Part shown: in pieces, positions 1 through 9,645 of the stretch | Position numbering within the stretch: position 1 is the first letter of the stretch | Layout of the letters: each line of letters opens with the position of its first letter | DNA from: a virus | Lineage: Duplodnaviria > Caudoviricetes | Virus record (IMG/VR): IMGVR_UViG_3300033073_001332 | Location: 96,001-160,000 of that record | DNA length: 64,000 nt | Strand: one strand, 5' to 3' | The notes under the pieces: generated by a model | Told to the model about the DNA's origin: nothing | Seen by the model: only the letters and a program-made list of their open reading frames with translations | Databases searched by the model: none | Made by a program: the position numbers and the translations under genes

Positions 1-436
1 ACGCTCTTGTGGTATAAACTTCACTAAAATCATAACCACCTCCGTCTACTGAAAAAATTAAGGATTGATTAAAATTCGATGTATAGTAACCTGAAGCTGC
101 GTGAGAAAAATGGTGCTTCATTAATTCAAACTCGGCGTTTGGGAAAAAACTTTTTATTAGATTTTTATCTTGGTTATTTAACTCTAAATATAAAACTAAT
201 TTTATATCGGTGTTTTGAAGATTGTTTTTTACATGTGTTAAAAAGTCTATTCGTTCGTTTTGATTGGACCCCATTAAATCCCATTTATCAAATCGGGACG
301 AAAACATCGCATATCTTTTTTTGACAAATCTTTCGTATTCATAAACTCGTAAGGTATTGTTTTTATCGATAAAAGTTAATGATGCATCGTGTGAACCATA
401 AATTGATATCACTTCATTTGGAATGTAGTCTTGCAT
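1..436 (-). CDS. NodU/CmcH-family carbamoyltransferase, N-terminal part (runs off window start; not in ORF track)
   Basis: Manual minus-strand translation from ATG at 436: MQDYIPNEVISIYGSHDASLTFID...VYEYERF...HHFSHAASGYYTSNF..SLIFSVDGGG. The HD-A, ExERF, HHxxHAAS and DGxG motifs fit the Kae1-like domain of carbamoyltransferases. Confidence 0.85.
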   Translation of the reverse strand, partial: MQDYIPNEVISIYGSHDASLTFIDKNNTLRVYEYERFVKKRYAMFSSRFDKWDLMGSNQNERIDFLTHVKNNLQNTDIKLVLYLELNNQDKNLIKSFFPNAEFELMKHHFSHAASGYYTSNFNQSLIFSVDGGGYDFSEVYTTRA

Positions 437-492
437 TTAATATTATTTTTAATAAAAATAGATTAATAGAATTAAAAATGAAGATTAAGGTG

Positions 493-1263
493 TTATAATA
501 TAACCCAATTTTCACAATACACGTCCTTTGTATCCATACCTTGTTTAGCAGGACCAAACCAATTTTTAGGTGATACTACAATTTTGTTTTCATTCGTATT
601 TAACCAAGAACCCCACCAAGAAAAAGATGAGTTTGCAATTATATTGTTTTCACACAAAGACATTAAATATAAATCTTCATAATCTTCATTATTTTCACAA
701 TAAACAACTTTATCTAAAAAGTTAAAATTTTCTTTACACCACCCAATGTCGTCAGAAAATATAAAAAATGTTTTATCGTCACCAATTATACCAATGGATT
801 TTTTATAGTAATCGATATCTTGGACAGGGTGGTGTTCTGACAAATTAAGATAGTCACCTCTTCTGATATGTATTGAACAACTATTATTTAATTTATCGCT
901 ATATTTTTTTTTAAGTTCATTAATCACTTCATCACATAAAAACAATTCTAAAATTTTTTCTCTGTTGTGATTAAAATATTTTTCAGATTGAAAATACCCA
1001 TGAATGTATGTTGGTAACATAAAATCAGGTATTGGAGAAAAGTGAAAATGAGGTTCGTAATAAACTTGTGTAGTGTTAAAGTTTGAGTCAAATGTGATAT
1101 TCTTTAAAATATTATTTGTGTAATTCGTTATTGGTTTGTGAACCACTTGAATGTTATTTGGGTTAATTACGAATTTTTCACCCAAATCAATAGATTTAGA
1201 ATACCCAGCAGCAATTTGAAATAAGTAATTACCAAGACCCCCCATCAAAAAAGAAGAGACCAT
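493..1263 (-). CDS. GT11 alpha-1,2-fucosyltransferase-like glycosyltransferase
   Basis: GGLGNxLFQ, GYFQSEKYF, HIRRGDY, FSDDIxWC and NSSFSWW motifs. Confidence 0.92.
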   Translation of the reverse strand: MVSSFLMGGLGNYLFQIAAGYSKSIDLGEKFVINPNNIQVVHKPITNYTNNILKNITFDSNFNTTQVYYEPHFHFSPIPDFMLPTYIHGYFQSEKYFNHNREKILELFLCDEVINELKKKYSDKLNNSCSIHIRRGDYLNLSEHHPVQDIDYYKKSIGIIGDDKTFFIFSDDIGWCKENFNFLDKVVYCENNEDYEDLYLMSLCENNIIANSSFSWWGSWLNTNENKIVVSPKNWFGPAKQGMDTKDVYCENWVIL

Positions 1264-1265
1264 AC

Positions 1266-2078
1266 CTATAACGTTTTTATAAAATTATAGACATGTTCGT
1301 CTGGTAACAAAAAGTTCTTACACTTTTCAAAATTCTCTTTAATTGACTCTAATTTGGACTCATATAATGATTCATTACAACTATCTAAAATAGATTCTAA
1401 CTCCTCCATATTGTTAAAAATTAACATACCGTCTACATTAAAGAAATCACCGATAGAAGGACAACCCCAATAGATTGGAATTGTACCTGTGGCAAAACAA
1501 TCGATAAGTTTTTCAGTAAACCAATAATCCCTTTTACAATTTTCAATAACAACGGAAAATTTATAATCTTTTAACCCTTCTATTTTAAATTCAACAGGAG
1601 TATAACCTCTACCGAATACATCCATTTTACTTCCAAACTTTTGAATTACTTCATGTCTTAATTTGTGTCCATCAGTAAATGTTTTATTGGATGATATTAT
1701 TGAAATGTTTTTGTTTTTGTTGTAGATTTTTTGTTCTTCTTTAGGAATCCAACAACAACCAAATGGTATAAATTGTGTTGGGTAAAAAATATCTAATAAG
1801 GTCTTTTCGTGTGTTAAAATATAATCAAACTTCATTAAATTGTTTTTCACATATTCATAGTGTTGAGGTGCAACACACATAGGTTCAATTAACCAAGCAA
1901 TTTTATTTTTACTTGGTGGTATATTTGATGATAAAAAATTGTCGGTGATGACGACATTGTCTTCTTTATTTAATGGACCTCTATCCCAACTAAAATTTTC
2001 AGATACTTGAAAATCTGAACAATATCCTAATATCGAGTGTGAAAATGTATTATCTATTATTTTTATACGTTCTTTCAT
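1266..2078 (-). CDS. GT10 (alpha-1,3-fucosyltransferase-like) glycosyltransferase
   Basis: YKFSVVIEN...YWFTEKLIDCF..GTIPIYWG motif. Confidence 0.85.
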   Translation of the reverse strand: MKERIKIIDNTFSHSILGYCSDFQVSENFSWDRGPLNKEDNVVITDNFLSSNIPPSKNKIAWLIEPMCVAPQHYEYVKNNLMKFDYILTHEKTLLDIFYPTQFIPFGCCWIPKEEQKIYNKNKNISIISSNKTFTDGHKLRHEVIQKFGSKMDVFGRGYTPVEFKIEGLKDYKFSVVIENCKRDYWFTEKLIDCFATGTIPIYWGCPSIGDFFNVDGMLIFNNMEELESILDSCNESLYESKLESIKENFEKCKNFLLPDEHVYNFIKTL

Positions 2079-2800
2079 CTAACCAATTTTTCGTATGGTT
2101 TATATCCTCTTATGATTTGATTCATTTTTTGAACCTCAGGAAAATTAACTTTGTGTTCGTTTAACGGGTTACTTTCATTATATATGTAGTTTACGTCGTA
2201 CATAAATTTATAGTGTTCTGGTCCACACATTTCAACCATAGGAAACATAAATGCTAAATCACATGCAATTTTCCAATAGTTATTGTTTGAGTCTTTTAAA
2301 TCCTCTTGTTTTATACTTCTCCATAAAAATGATTTCCAAGTTCTTAAGTGTGATAATGTAAATGGTTTTTGTCTTATATCCTCAAACGTGGTATGTGGTT
2401 GTGAAAAACCTGGTCTACCATCATGGTACTTAAAGCTTCCATTTGCTAACCAAACATCACCTGAATTATATGTGTCAACGACTCTTTGAAAAACTTTTGA
2501 ATCGGGTAACCAATCATCCCCATCAACTTCAATACAGATATCTTCATCAGAAATATCATAATCGCCACGAATAACTTGGTCATAATTTCCTGCTTGGTAC
2601 ATTTTTGTTTTATTTTCGATTAACACAAAACGATTATCGTTTTTGATAAATTCTTTAATTTTTTCTACCGTATTGTCTGTTGAAATGTCATCAGTTATAA
2701 AACATCTGAAATCTTTGTATGTCTGTGACATTATTGTCGATAATGAACGCTCAATAAATTTTTCACAATTGTAAGATGTGGTTAAAACAATTACTCCCAT
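2075..2800 (-). CDS. GT2 (GT-A fold) glycosyltransferase
   Basis: TTSYN.EKFI, DDISTDNT, and DGDDW (DxD) motifs. Confidence 0.88.
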   Translation of the reverse strand: MGVIVLTTSYNCEKFIERSLSTIMSQTYKDFRCFITDDISTDNTVEKIKEFIKNDNRFVLIENKTKMYQAGNYDQVIRGDYDISDEDICIEVDGDDWLPDSKVFQRVVDTYNSGDVWLANGSFKYHDGRPGFSQPHTTFEDIRQKPFTLSHLRTWKSFLWRSIKQEDLKDSNNNYWKIACDLAFMFPMVEMCGPEHYKFMYDVNYIYNESNPLNEHKVNFPEVQKMNQIIRGYKPYEKLVR

Positions 2801-2803
2801 TTT

Positions 2804-4441
2804 TTAATTTAAAATTTTAATATATTCCTCTTTTATTTTTTTTGCTACCTCATCAGAGTTAAACTTATTTACATCAGAAGGAACTTCGTGTTTATTTTTA
2901 TCTATTATATTACCATAGTTATCGACATTGTAAATCCATCCTGGTTTACCACATAACCACCCTTCTATTGTTGTTCTACCTAAAAGAATTCCTGCGGTCT
3001 CACTACAATTCTTTACATATTCCTCAACTTTATTGGTTGCTCCAAAATGTTTAACATGTGGATTGTCTAATAACTCAGGCAAGTAATTTGATTTGTTTTC
3101 ACCAACTAACCAAAGTTCTTTACCTATTGATTTTGAGTACTCAACTAAATCTCTAATAGTTTTTTCTCGTAAGTAATCAATTGTCCCAACAAATAACACA
3201 TACGGATATATCTTCGTATTTTGAGTATTAAATCTTTTAGTGTCTATTGGATTATAAATAACTTCAGTGTCGGACGAATTAATATTGAAGTTATCAATTA
3301 TATGTTTTTGTATTTCTGGTCTAATACAAATATATTTTTTTATTGATTCATGAATGAACGGATTTTCTAATTCAATTACCTCAGAGTGTATCGTTGATAT
3401 CTTTGGGGTGTTTGGATACATCTCGGTTATTTGCTTTGAAATTGGGTTGTGTTGGACATGCATTATGTCAAAGTTAACGTCTGACATTTTATACATCATA
3501 TTTGGTTGACTTGTAACTACACCTTGAGGGGTGTTGAATCCCCATTTACCATCGCCCATTTTATAACCTGGTGGATTAGAGAAGGGTAATACTTTAATTC
3601 CTTGTTGAGTTGCTAACTTTGACAACGGACCTTCAATATCTGAAAGTACGGTAACATCACAATTTAATTTTTTCAAACCTTTAGCTAACTCATAAACATA
3701 CATTTCTGAACCAGTAAATGTTTTAAAAAATAAACAAGACAATAATACTTTGATTGGTGAATCTAATGTTAGGTTTCTTTTTATTTTAATAGGTAAAATG
3801 TCCTTATGTTTTTCTGCGAATACAATTCTATTTTTTTCCCATTCTTCATTTGTTGCTCCGATTGATTTATGTGTTACTCTTACATCATAAATCACCCCAA
3901 CTTTTACATCCTCAATAAAGTTTCTAAATGAAAAATCAACATCATAAAAGTGAAACCCTTTTATTTCTTCATTGAATGTTTGCCTAATGTTATTTTTATT
4001 AATAACAATAAAAAGACCATCAACTAAAACAACATCATCTATTTGATTTCCCAAACTCGATGAGTATTTTGATTCCCATTTTTTACCATCATGTTCGTGA
4101 TTAACAATACCTTTCATTTTTGAAAAATCTTCCCACCACTTTGCAGAAGAAGGTAGTTGTGTTGAACCTGCTAAACCTAAAATTCCATAATTTGGGTTAC
4201 GTTTAAAATGTTTTAAAATTTTACTACCCCAATTTTTACTATCAAAGTAGATGTCATCATGACATAAAACAACAATATCATTTGTTGCTTGTTCTAAAAT
4301 CATGTTGTACGCTTCAGGTAATGAATATTTACCATCATTTTCTATTCCAATAATTTGGGGGTTTGATACCCCACAAGTCTTTTTTAATAGTTCTTTAAAA
4401 CTATCATCAACCTTTCTCGATGAAAATCCTATTGTTATCAT
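2804..4441 (-). CDS. Two-domain glycosyltransferase: N-terminal GT2-like (GT-A) fused to C-terminal GT4-like (GT-B)
   Basis: N half has AYN..L, CHDD, VDGLF and FHFYDVD. C half has TGSEMYVYELA, IYNPID..RF, LFVG and GRTTIEG.LCG. Confidence 0.8.
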   Translation of the reverse strand: MITIGFSSRKVDDSFKELLKKTCGVSNPQIIGIENDGKYSLPEAYNMILEQATNDIVVLCHDDIYFDSKNWGSKILKHFKRNPNYGILGLAGSTQLPSSAKWWEDFSKMKGIVNHEHDGKKWESKYSSSLGNQIDDVVLVDGLFIVINKNNIRQTFNEEIKGFHFYDVDFSFRNFIEDVKVGVIYDVRVTHKSIGATNEEWEKNRIVFAEKHKDILPIKIKRNLTLDSPIKVLLSCLFFKTFTGSEMYVYELAKGLKKLNCDVTVLSDIEGPLSKLATQQGIKVLPFSNPPGYKMGDGKWGFNTPQGVVTSQPNMMYKMSDVNFDIMHVQHNPISKQITEMYPNTPKISTIHSEVIELENPFIHESIKKYICIRPEIQKHIIDNFNINSSDTEVIYNPIDTKRFNTQNTKIYPYVLFVGTIDYLREKTIRDLVEYSKSIGKELWLVGENKSNYLPELLDNPHVKHFGATNKVEEYVKNCSETAGILLGRTTIEGWLCGKPGWIYNVDNYGNIIDKNKHEVPSDVNKFNSDEVAKKIKEEYIKILN

Positions 4442-5055
4442 AGACCGGTACTTCCGAAACCTTTATCGTTTCTATCTTTTTCTTTTATTTCTTTAACTTG
4501 TACTAAGTTTACTAATTTACCATTCACAACAGGACATAAAACCGCTTGACCGACCTTTTGACCTTTTTCTATTTTTACTTTTTGGTTTGTTGTGTTAAAG
4601 ATAATGACTTTGATTTCTCCTTGATATCCACTATCAACCGTACCTGGTGAATTTAAAACCATTAGACCCTGATTTAACGCTAAACCACTTTTTGACCTTA
4701 CTTGTATTTCATATCCCTCAGGGATATCAAATCTCAATCCTGTTGGTACTAATGCCCTATCAAATGGATGTAACCAAACATCTTCATTTGCTCTTAAATC
4801 AAAACCTGAGTCTGATTCATATGCGTATGATGGATTTTTATTTTCACTATCATTAACGTAATTTAAATTTACCTTAATAAATTCCGATGACATTTCATCA
4901 TTTAAATCCTCAAAATGTTTATTTAAATCTTCCATATTAATACCCAAAGATTTAAACATCTCTTCAGGACTATTCATATCAATATTTCCTAACTTAGATT
5001 GTAAATCTTTTAACATTTTGAATTGCTCTTTCGCTTCTCTAAATCCTTTAAACAT
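4438..5055 (-). CDS. dut: Trimeric dUTPase with an N-terminal extension of about 60 aa
   Basis: SGFDL, RSKSGL, GTVDSGYQGEI, GQAV and RNDKGFGSTG (motifs I-V). Confidence 0.95.
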   Translation of the reverse strand: MFKGFREAKEQFKMLKDLQSKLGNIDMNSPEEMFKSLGINMEDLNKHFEDLNDEMSSEFIKVNLNYVNDSENKNPSYAYESDSGFDLRANEDVWLHPFDRALVPTGLRFDIPEGYEIQVRSKSGLALNQGLMVLNSPGTVDSGYQGEIKVIIFNTTNQKVKIEKGQKVGQAVLCPVVNGKLVNLVQVKEIKEKDRNDKGFGSTGL

Positions 5056-5056
5056 A

Positions 5057-5785
5057 TTACTTTAATGATTTTAATTTTAAAATTGCGTTTATTAAAACAT
5101 CAACGTCTTTTTCACAATACTCAACAATTTCAGATAACCTGTTTTGTGTCCAATAAGCATCATGAACCATAGAACCATTTATTGGACCATCTTTTGGTGT
5201 GGGAATATCCAAACAAGTACACATTAAATCTAAAGACCCGATAGCGGTATATGCACCATATTGCCATATTTCTTTAGTGTCAATTGCTTTAACCTCCCAA
5301 GGCTTAGTATCGTAAGAAGGTAACATTTTAGATGGTCTTATTCCGTTGATAATCATACGTTTTGCCAACATAGGGATATCAAAGTTTTTTAGATTATGAC
5401 CACATAAGTAGAAATCTAATTTACTACATCTATCTAAAAGTGTTCTTACCCCCATCAATAAGTCATATTCATTATCTCCTGAAAAACTTTGTTTTTTTAC
5501 TTCACCATTTTCCATAACAAATGCAACAGAAACACAAACAATTTTTGCAAACTCAGGAACTAATGCTGTTCGTCTAGAATAAACATCATTCATTTTTTGC
5601 ATTTCTTCCTCAAGACCATTTGTTTCCACATTGTCTTCAGGAAATCTTTTTAAGAACCAATCGAAATATTTAACGAATTGTTCTGCAATTTTTGGGTTAG
5701 ATTCTTGACAAGTTGACCAATCTTTACAAAGACCAACGGTTTCAATATCTAAAAATAAAATTTTGTTAATAGGTACGTTTATCAT
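5057..5785 (-). CDS. Stand-alone PolB-type DEDD 3'-5' exonuclease
   Basis: LFLDIET (ExoI), GHNLKNFDIP (ExoII), YCEKDV (ExoIII). Confidence 0.88.
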   Translation of the reverse strand: MINVPINKILFLDIETVGLCKDWSTCQESNPKIAEQFVKYFDWFLKRFPEDNVETNGLEEEMQKMNDVYSRRTALVPEFAKIVCVSVAFVMENGEVKKQSFSGDNEYDLLMGVRTLLDRCSKLDFYLCGHNLKNFDIPMLAKRMIINGIRPSKMLPSYDTKPWEVKAIDTKEIWQYGAYTAIGSLDLMCTCLDIPTPKDGPINGSMVHDAYWTQNRLSEIVEYCEKDVDVLINAILKLKSLK

Positions 5786-6996
5786 TTTACTAAGGATTTA
5801 TATAATTCAGCTCTATCTTTTGTTACTTTATTTAAATCGTATGTGTCTTTAACGGTTTCATACAATCTTTGTCCTAAATCATATGCAAAATTAGGGTTAT
5901 CTATAAGTTTTTTCATGTACTTCGCCCAATCACTATGACTTCTTGCTTCATCAACAAGTAATGCGTTACCATCTGTAAACTCACCATTTTTAAGTGCGTG
6001 TTTTAAATCAATGGTATATGGTCCGACATTTGATGCGATAATTGCTTTTTTGTAAAAACCAGCTTCAATAACTTTAAGTTGTGATTTAACTCTGTTAAAT
6101 ACGTGATTTTTAATTGGAGCTAAAGATACATCAAACCATTTATAGTTGTTAGCATAACTTGTTACTGGTTTTGTCCAAACACGATTATAGAATGGTAATT
6201 CGTTGGATTTATATTCTTCTTCTGAGAACTTCATCAAATATTCTTTGTGTGATGGGTCGACTAATTTATAGTTGTCTGTAAAAATTTCTTCATATCGAGC
6301 CCAAACCGTTTCTTCAGGTTTAATCGGTCTTTGTTTTTGTTCCCCTGTTTGTTGGTTGATTTCTGTTACGGTTCCTCTAATATCAAACCCACACAAATAC
6401 ATACTAAATTTATCTTTCATAGGTGTCAATTTGTTCATTGTCCCATCAAGTAATTTTAAATCATGTAAATGCGATGAACCACCTAACCACCCAAATCTTA
6501 ATTTATCTGAAGGTTCAGACTTTGCATTAAACTGAGATTCTTTAGGGTTTATGGCATTAGGTAATACATAAACGTTTTTATTAAATTTTGAAATTTCTTT
6601 AGCAAAAATAGAAGTTGTTGTTGTAACGTGACCTGCAACTTTTAGATTGTTAATTATTTTTTTATGAAGTTCTGTTTGTACTACCATTTGGTGGACAGGG
6701 TGTTCCTTAGTTGGTAACCAATAGTCATCTAAATCCATAATAGTCACAATACCTAAACTATTTAGTTTTTGGATTAGGTTTACTGAATTTTCATAATCAT
6801 GACCTACGGTTCTATGGAAATGAACAATATCATATTGCTTCCAATAATTTAAATCATTCACTCTTGGCTCGTAATCTATATCAACATGGAATTCATCTGA
6901 ATGGTTATTTTGTAACATAACGTGGGGGTCAACACTCCTAAATTTCCCTACACCCGTTTTGTCTGATGGTAATACTAATACTTTTATTAAACTCAT
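5782..6996 (-). CDS. GT-B (GT4-like) glycosyltransferase
   Basis: DLDDYW, VLPNAI, GWLGGSSH..DL, DVSLAP...FN..KS.LKVIEAG and IASNVGPY. Confidence 0.85.
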   Translation of the reverse strand: MSLIKVLVLPSDKTGVGKFRSVDPHVMLQNNHSDEFHVDIDYEPRVNDLNYWKQYDIVHFHRTVGHDYENSVNLIQKLNSLGIVTIMDLDDYWLPTKEHPVHQMVVQTELHKKIINNLKVAGHVTTTTSIFAKEISKFNKNVYVLPNAINPKESQFNAKSEPSDKLRFGWLGGSSHLHDLKLLDGTMNKLTPMKDKFSMYLCGFDIRGTVTEINQQTGEQKQRPIKPEETVWARYEEIFTDNYKLVDPSHKEYLMKFSEEEYKSNELPFYNRVWTKPVTSYANNYKWFDVSLAPIKNHVFNRVKSQLKVIEAGFYKKAIIASNVGPYTIDLKHALKNGEFTDGNALLVDEARSHSDWAKYMKKLIDNPNFAYDLGQRLYETVKDTYDLNKVTKDRAELYKSLVK

Positions 6997-7029
6997 ATTT
7001 TCAATTTTTACAATAAAAGTAGTTGATTA

Positions 7030-7063
7030 AAAACAAAAAATCCACCCCTTTTGAGGGTGGATT
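7030..7063 (-). terminator. Rho-independent terminator for the minus-strand late operon (7084-9594)
   Basis: AATCCACCC/GGGTGGATT stem followed on the minus strand by a T-rich tract. Confidence 0.8.
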
Positions 7064-7083
7064 AACTATTGAGTTTTATTTAT

Positions 7084-7701
7084 TTATTGTAGTTTTTTAA
7101 TCTTATTTACTTTACCTACAAATAAGTGATTACCCACTTTAAATTGTATTGTATCATTAGAGTTACTTGTAGATTCTACTAACATACCAGCTTCTTTCAA
7201 TTCTTCTCTTACGACATCTCTTACTGTGTCTCTAACCACATCACGTATCATAGATTTCATTTCATTTATATTGAAATTAGACGGAGATGATTGTTGTTGG
7301 TTAGTTGTTGGAATCTTAACTGATTGTGGTTGTTGAGCCGATGTGCTTTTATTCATATTCATTAATCTTTGGGCTCCTTCAATAATATCATCACTAATTG
7401 CTGCACCACCACCCATAGAACTTGGTTGAACTATTGGTTGTTCAATCATTAGTCTTTTAATCTCATCGGGTAGTTTTGAATTTTTAATTCTACTTTCATC
7501 TAATGGTTGTGTTGGGTCAAAATTTGATTTTTGTTGTGAAACTTCACCCATAAATTCTTGTGGGATATTGTAAGAAGCGTTTGGTGTTTCAAAATTTTCT
7601 ACAATAGGTGTTGATGGTGTTGCGGTTCCTCTTTGTATACCAGAATGAACATCCATTATTTTTTTTGATATTGCTAATTTTTGCATTAAATCGTTTGACA
7701 T
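7084..7701 (-). CDS. Hypothetical protein with Q/S/P-rich linker
   Basis: 205 aa ORF in a tightly packed operon; no family recognised. Confidence 0.7.
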   Translation of the reverse strand: MSNDLMQKLAISKKIMDVHSGIQRGTATPSTPIVENFETPNASYNIPQEFMGEVSQQKSNFDPTQPLDESRIKNSKLPDEIKRLMIEQPIVQPSSMGGGAAISDDIIEGAQRLMNMNKSTSAQQPQSVKIPTTNQQQSSPSNFNINEMKSMIRDVVRDTVRDVVREELKEAGMLVESTSNSNDTIQFKVGNHLFVGKVNKIKKLQ

Positions 7702-7702
7702 A

Positions 7703-8104
7703 TTATGCTAAGTTTTCAGTATTATCGTCAAATTTTGCATTTACAATAACCCTAACCATAGACTTGTCACCGTTAGGATTATATAAAGGTCTGACTTCAG
7801 TAAACTTATCTCCTTGTAATTGATAAGTCAATATTTTATCTATTCTAAAAAGTCTCCATCCAGGAATTGGATTACCATCGACTTTGTTTGAGTGAGATGC
7901 TCCTCCTCTTTCCCAAGCCCTCAATACCATGTTTCCTTTTTTACTAACCCCTAAGCAAACCGGCTCGATATCACGATATCCTTTACCATATTCGTCACCA
8001 TCATAATTAATTGTAATCACATTTTTTTGTTTGATGCTTTTTTGAACATCATCAATCGATGCGACTTCGGTAATAAGTTTACTTAAAGTTTTAATTAACT
8101 TCAT
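7703..8104 (-). CDS. Stand-alone WYL-domain protein
   Basis: ITINY...YRDIEP..LG....LRAW.....WRLFRIDKI fits the WYL pattern; no HTH. Confidence 0.8.
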   Translation of the reverse strand: MKLIKTLSKLITEVASIDDVQKSIKQKNVITINYDGDEYGKGYRDIEPVCLGVSKKGNMVLRAWERGGASHSNKVDGNPIPGWRLFRIDKILTYQLQGDKFTEVRPLYNPNGDKSMVRVIVNAKFDDNTENLA

Positions 8105-8394
8105 GATACGGTGTAGTAAGGATTGTTTTGTGAAAATTTATTTATTTTTAAATCATCTTTTCTTTCTGTGATATCTGTGGATGTTCCTGCTTTCTGATTG
8201 TATACATCTAAATCACCACCAGTACCTCTACCAATTTTATCACCATCAGCAATTGCATCAGGGTGCACTGATGAATATTGGTCAGCGGGATTAAAATCAT
8301 TTCTTGGAAATAACTTTTTTCTTTGTTCTTCTGCGATTCTGGATAATTCGTTGTTTGGTTGTGAAAAATCCATTTTATCTGATTGAACTGCCAT
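8101..8394 (-). CDS. Hypothetical protein resembling the N-terminal repeat unit of the 31177 baseplate protein
   Basis: 97 aa ORF overlapping both neighbours; contains ELSRIAEEQRKKLFPRNDFNP. Confidence 0.65.
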   Translation of the reverse strand: MAVQSDKMDFSQPNNELSRIAEEQRKKLFPRNDFNPADQYSSVHPDAIADGDKIGRGTGGDLDVYNQKAGTSTDITERKDDLKINKFSQNNPYYTVS

Positions 8395-8858
8395 TATAAT
8401 AATTTTTTATATAGTTTATTCATTTCATCAATTTCTTCATTAACTCTTGGGTCAATATCTGAATTTGTTTTTGTGTGTGAATCTAATGGATTCTTTATTA
8501 GTTGGTCTTTTTGATGGTTATCAATAAATTGATTTTGCATCCCTGCATTCATTTTAACCGTTTTACCGTTTTTATCATTTTCTCTCCAAACCCTTAATAC
8601 CTCATCACACCAATTTCTCATTCTGTCACCACCATTTAATATAAATGGAGCGTCTTCTTTTTTTCCTGAATAGTTGTCAAACCAACTTTTTATTCTTTTA
8701 ATTTGTTGATACGTTGCTTTCTTTGATTGTCTTAGTTGTTGGTTCCTGTTATAACCCTCAATGTTTTGATTACCTTGAACCGAACCAAAACAATCATTAA
8801 GATGTTTAACTAAACTATCTGGAATAATTGCAATCCTATCGTATAAATTTTTATTCAT
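8394..8858 (-). CDS. Hypothetical protein
   Basis: 154 aa ORF coupled to its neighbours. Confidence 0.7.
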   Translation of the reverse strand: MNKNLYDRIAIIPDSLVKHLNDCFGSVQGNQNIEGYNRNQQLRQSKKATYQQIKRIKSWFDNYSGKKEDAPFILNGGDRMRNWCDEVLRVWRENDKNGKTVKMNAGMQNQFIDNHQKDQLIKNPLDSHTKTNSDIDPRVNEEIDEMNKLYKKLL

Positions 8859-9594
8859 CCTTTAACATATCTATTAATTCTTTCACAGAAACACCATGCT
8901 CCTTAGCCATTTTTTTCAATGACCTAATGTTTCTAATTAAAAGAGGATTAATTAAATCTTTTAATTGTTTTTTTTCAGTATTATCTTCATCTTTTTCTTT
9001 ATTTAATAATACTTCCTCACCTATCTCTTTTTCTTTTAAAATAGGTCTACCTATAAAACCTTTTTTATTTTTGTATCGTGATTTCTTATCTCTTTCAGGA
9101 CTTTTACCAAATTCGTCATCAACTCTCTCTTCCGCCTTCTCATCATCCATACCCAATTCATCTTTGAAATATTTTAGAGTTTCTTTAGCGTCCATGTCTT
9201 TTGTGTCTTTCCACCCAAATGCTTTGGTCATGTTTTCTTCTTTTACATGACCTTCACCGTAATAACCATACCATCCTCTTAACAATGGGTCTCTTGGGTT
9301 TCTTGCTGCTTGTACTATTTGGTCTGTTGTGTTAGTACCAATACCTGCACTTGCGGGTGATAAGATAGGAATATCGGATGATAACCATGTTCCATCGTCA
9401 TCAACAAGCTCAGTCACTTCCTGTTCCTTAGGTTTTTCATCAGAAGATTTTATTTTTTTTAAAAATATTTCGTGGGACTTACAAGGCATGTATTTTCTGT
9501 CACCATTTTCATTATGGTAGTGTGAACCAGTACAACCAAGAGTTTTTGCAACTCTCTCAGCCCTTTCTTCTGTTGAGTATTTGTAGGTTTTCAT
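8851..9594 (-). CDS. Hypothetical protein with N-terminal DUF3721-like Cys/His motif
   Basis: AERVAKTLGCTGSH...YMPCKSH resembles the A...GCxGxH...WMPC pattern; preceded by the TATTTATA motif. Confidence 0.65.
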   Translation of the reverse strand: MKTYKYSTEERAERVAKTLGCTGSHYHNENGDRKYMPCKSHEIFLKKIKSSDEKPKEQEVTELVDDDGTWLSSDIPILSPASAGIGTNTTDQIVQAARNPRDPLLRGWYGYYGEGHVKEENMTKAFGWKDTKDMDAKETLKYFKDELGMDDEKAEERVDDEFGKSPERDKKSRYKNKKGFIGRPILKEKEIGEEVLLNKEKDEDNTEKKQLKDLINPLLIRNIRSLKKMAKEHGVSVKELIDMLKDE

Positions 9595-9607
9595 CTGAGC
9601 TTTTACC

Positions 9608-9635
9608 TATAAATACTCCAAACAAAGTATTTATC
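9608..9635. promoter_or_regulatory. Back-to-back TATTTAT(A/C) putative late promoters for divergent genes
   Basis: Inverted pair ATAAATACT (9609-9617) and AGTATTTAT (9626-9634) between divergent ORFs. Confidence 0.65.
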
Positions 9636-9645
9636 ATAAAAAAGA

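Noticed and set aside
79-324. Plus-strand 81-aa ORF and the other short antisense or nested ORFs in the track
   Set aside because: They are shadows of well-supported genes on the opposite strand or frame; this one overlaps the carbamoyltransferase.
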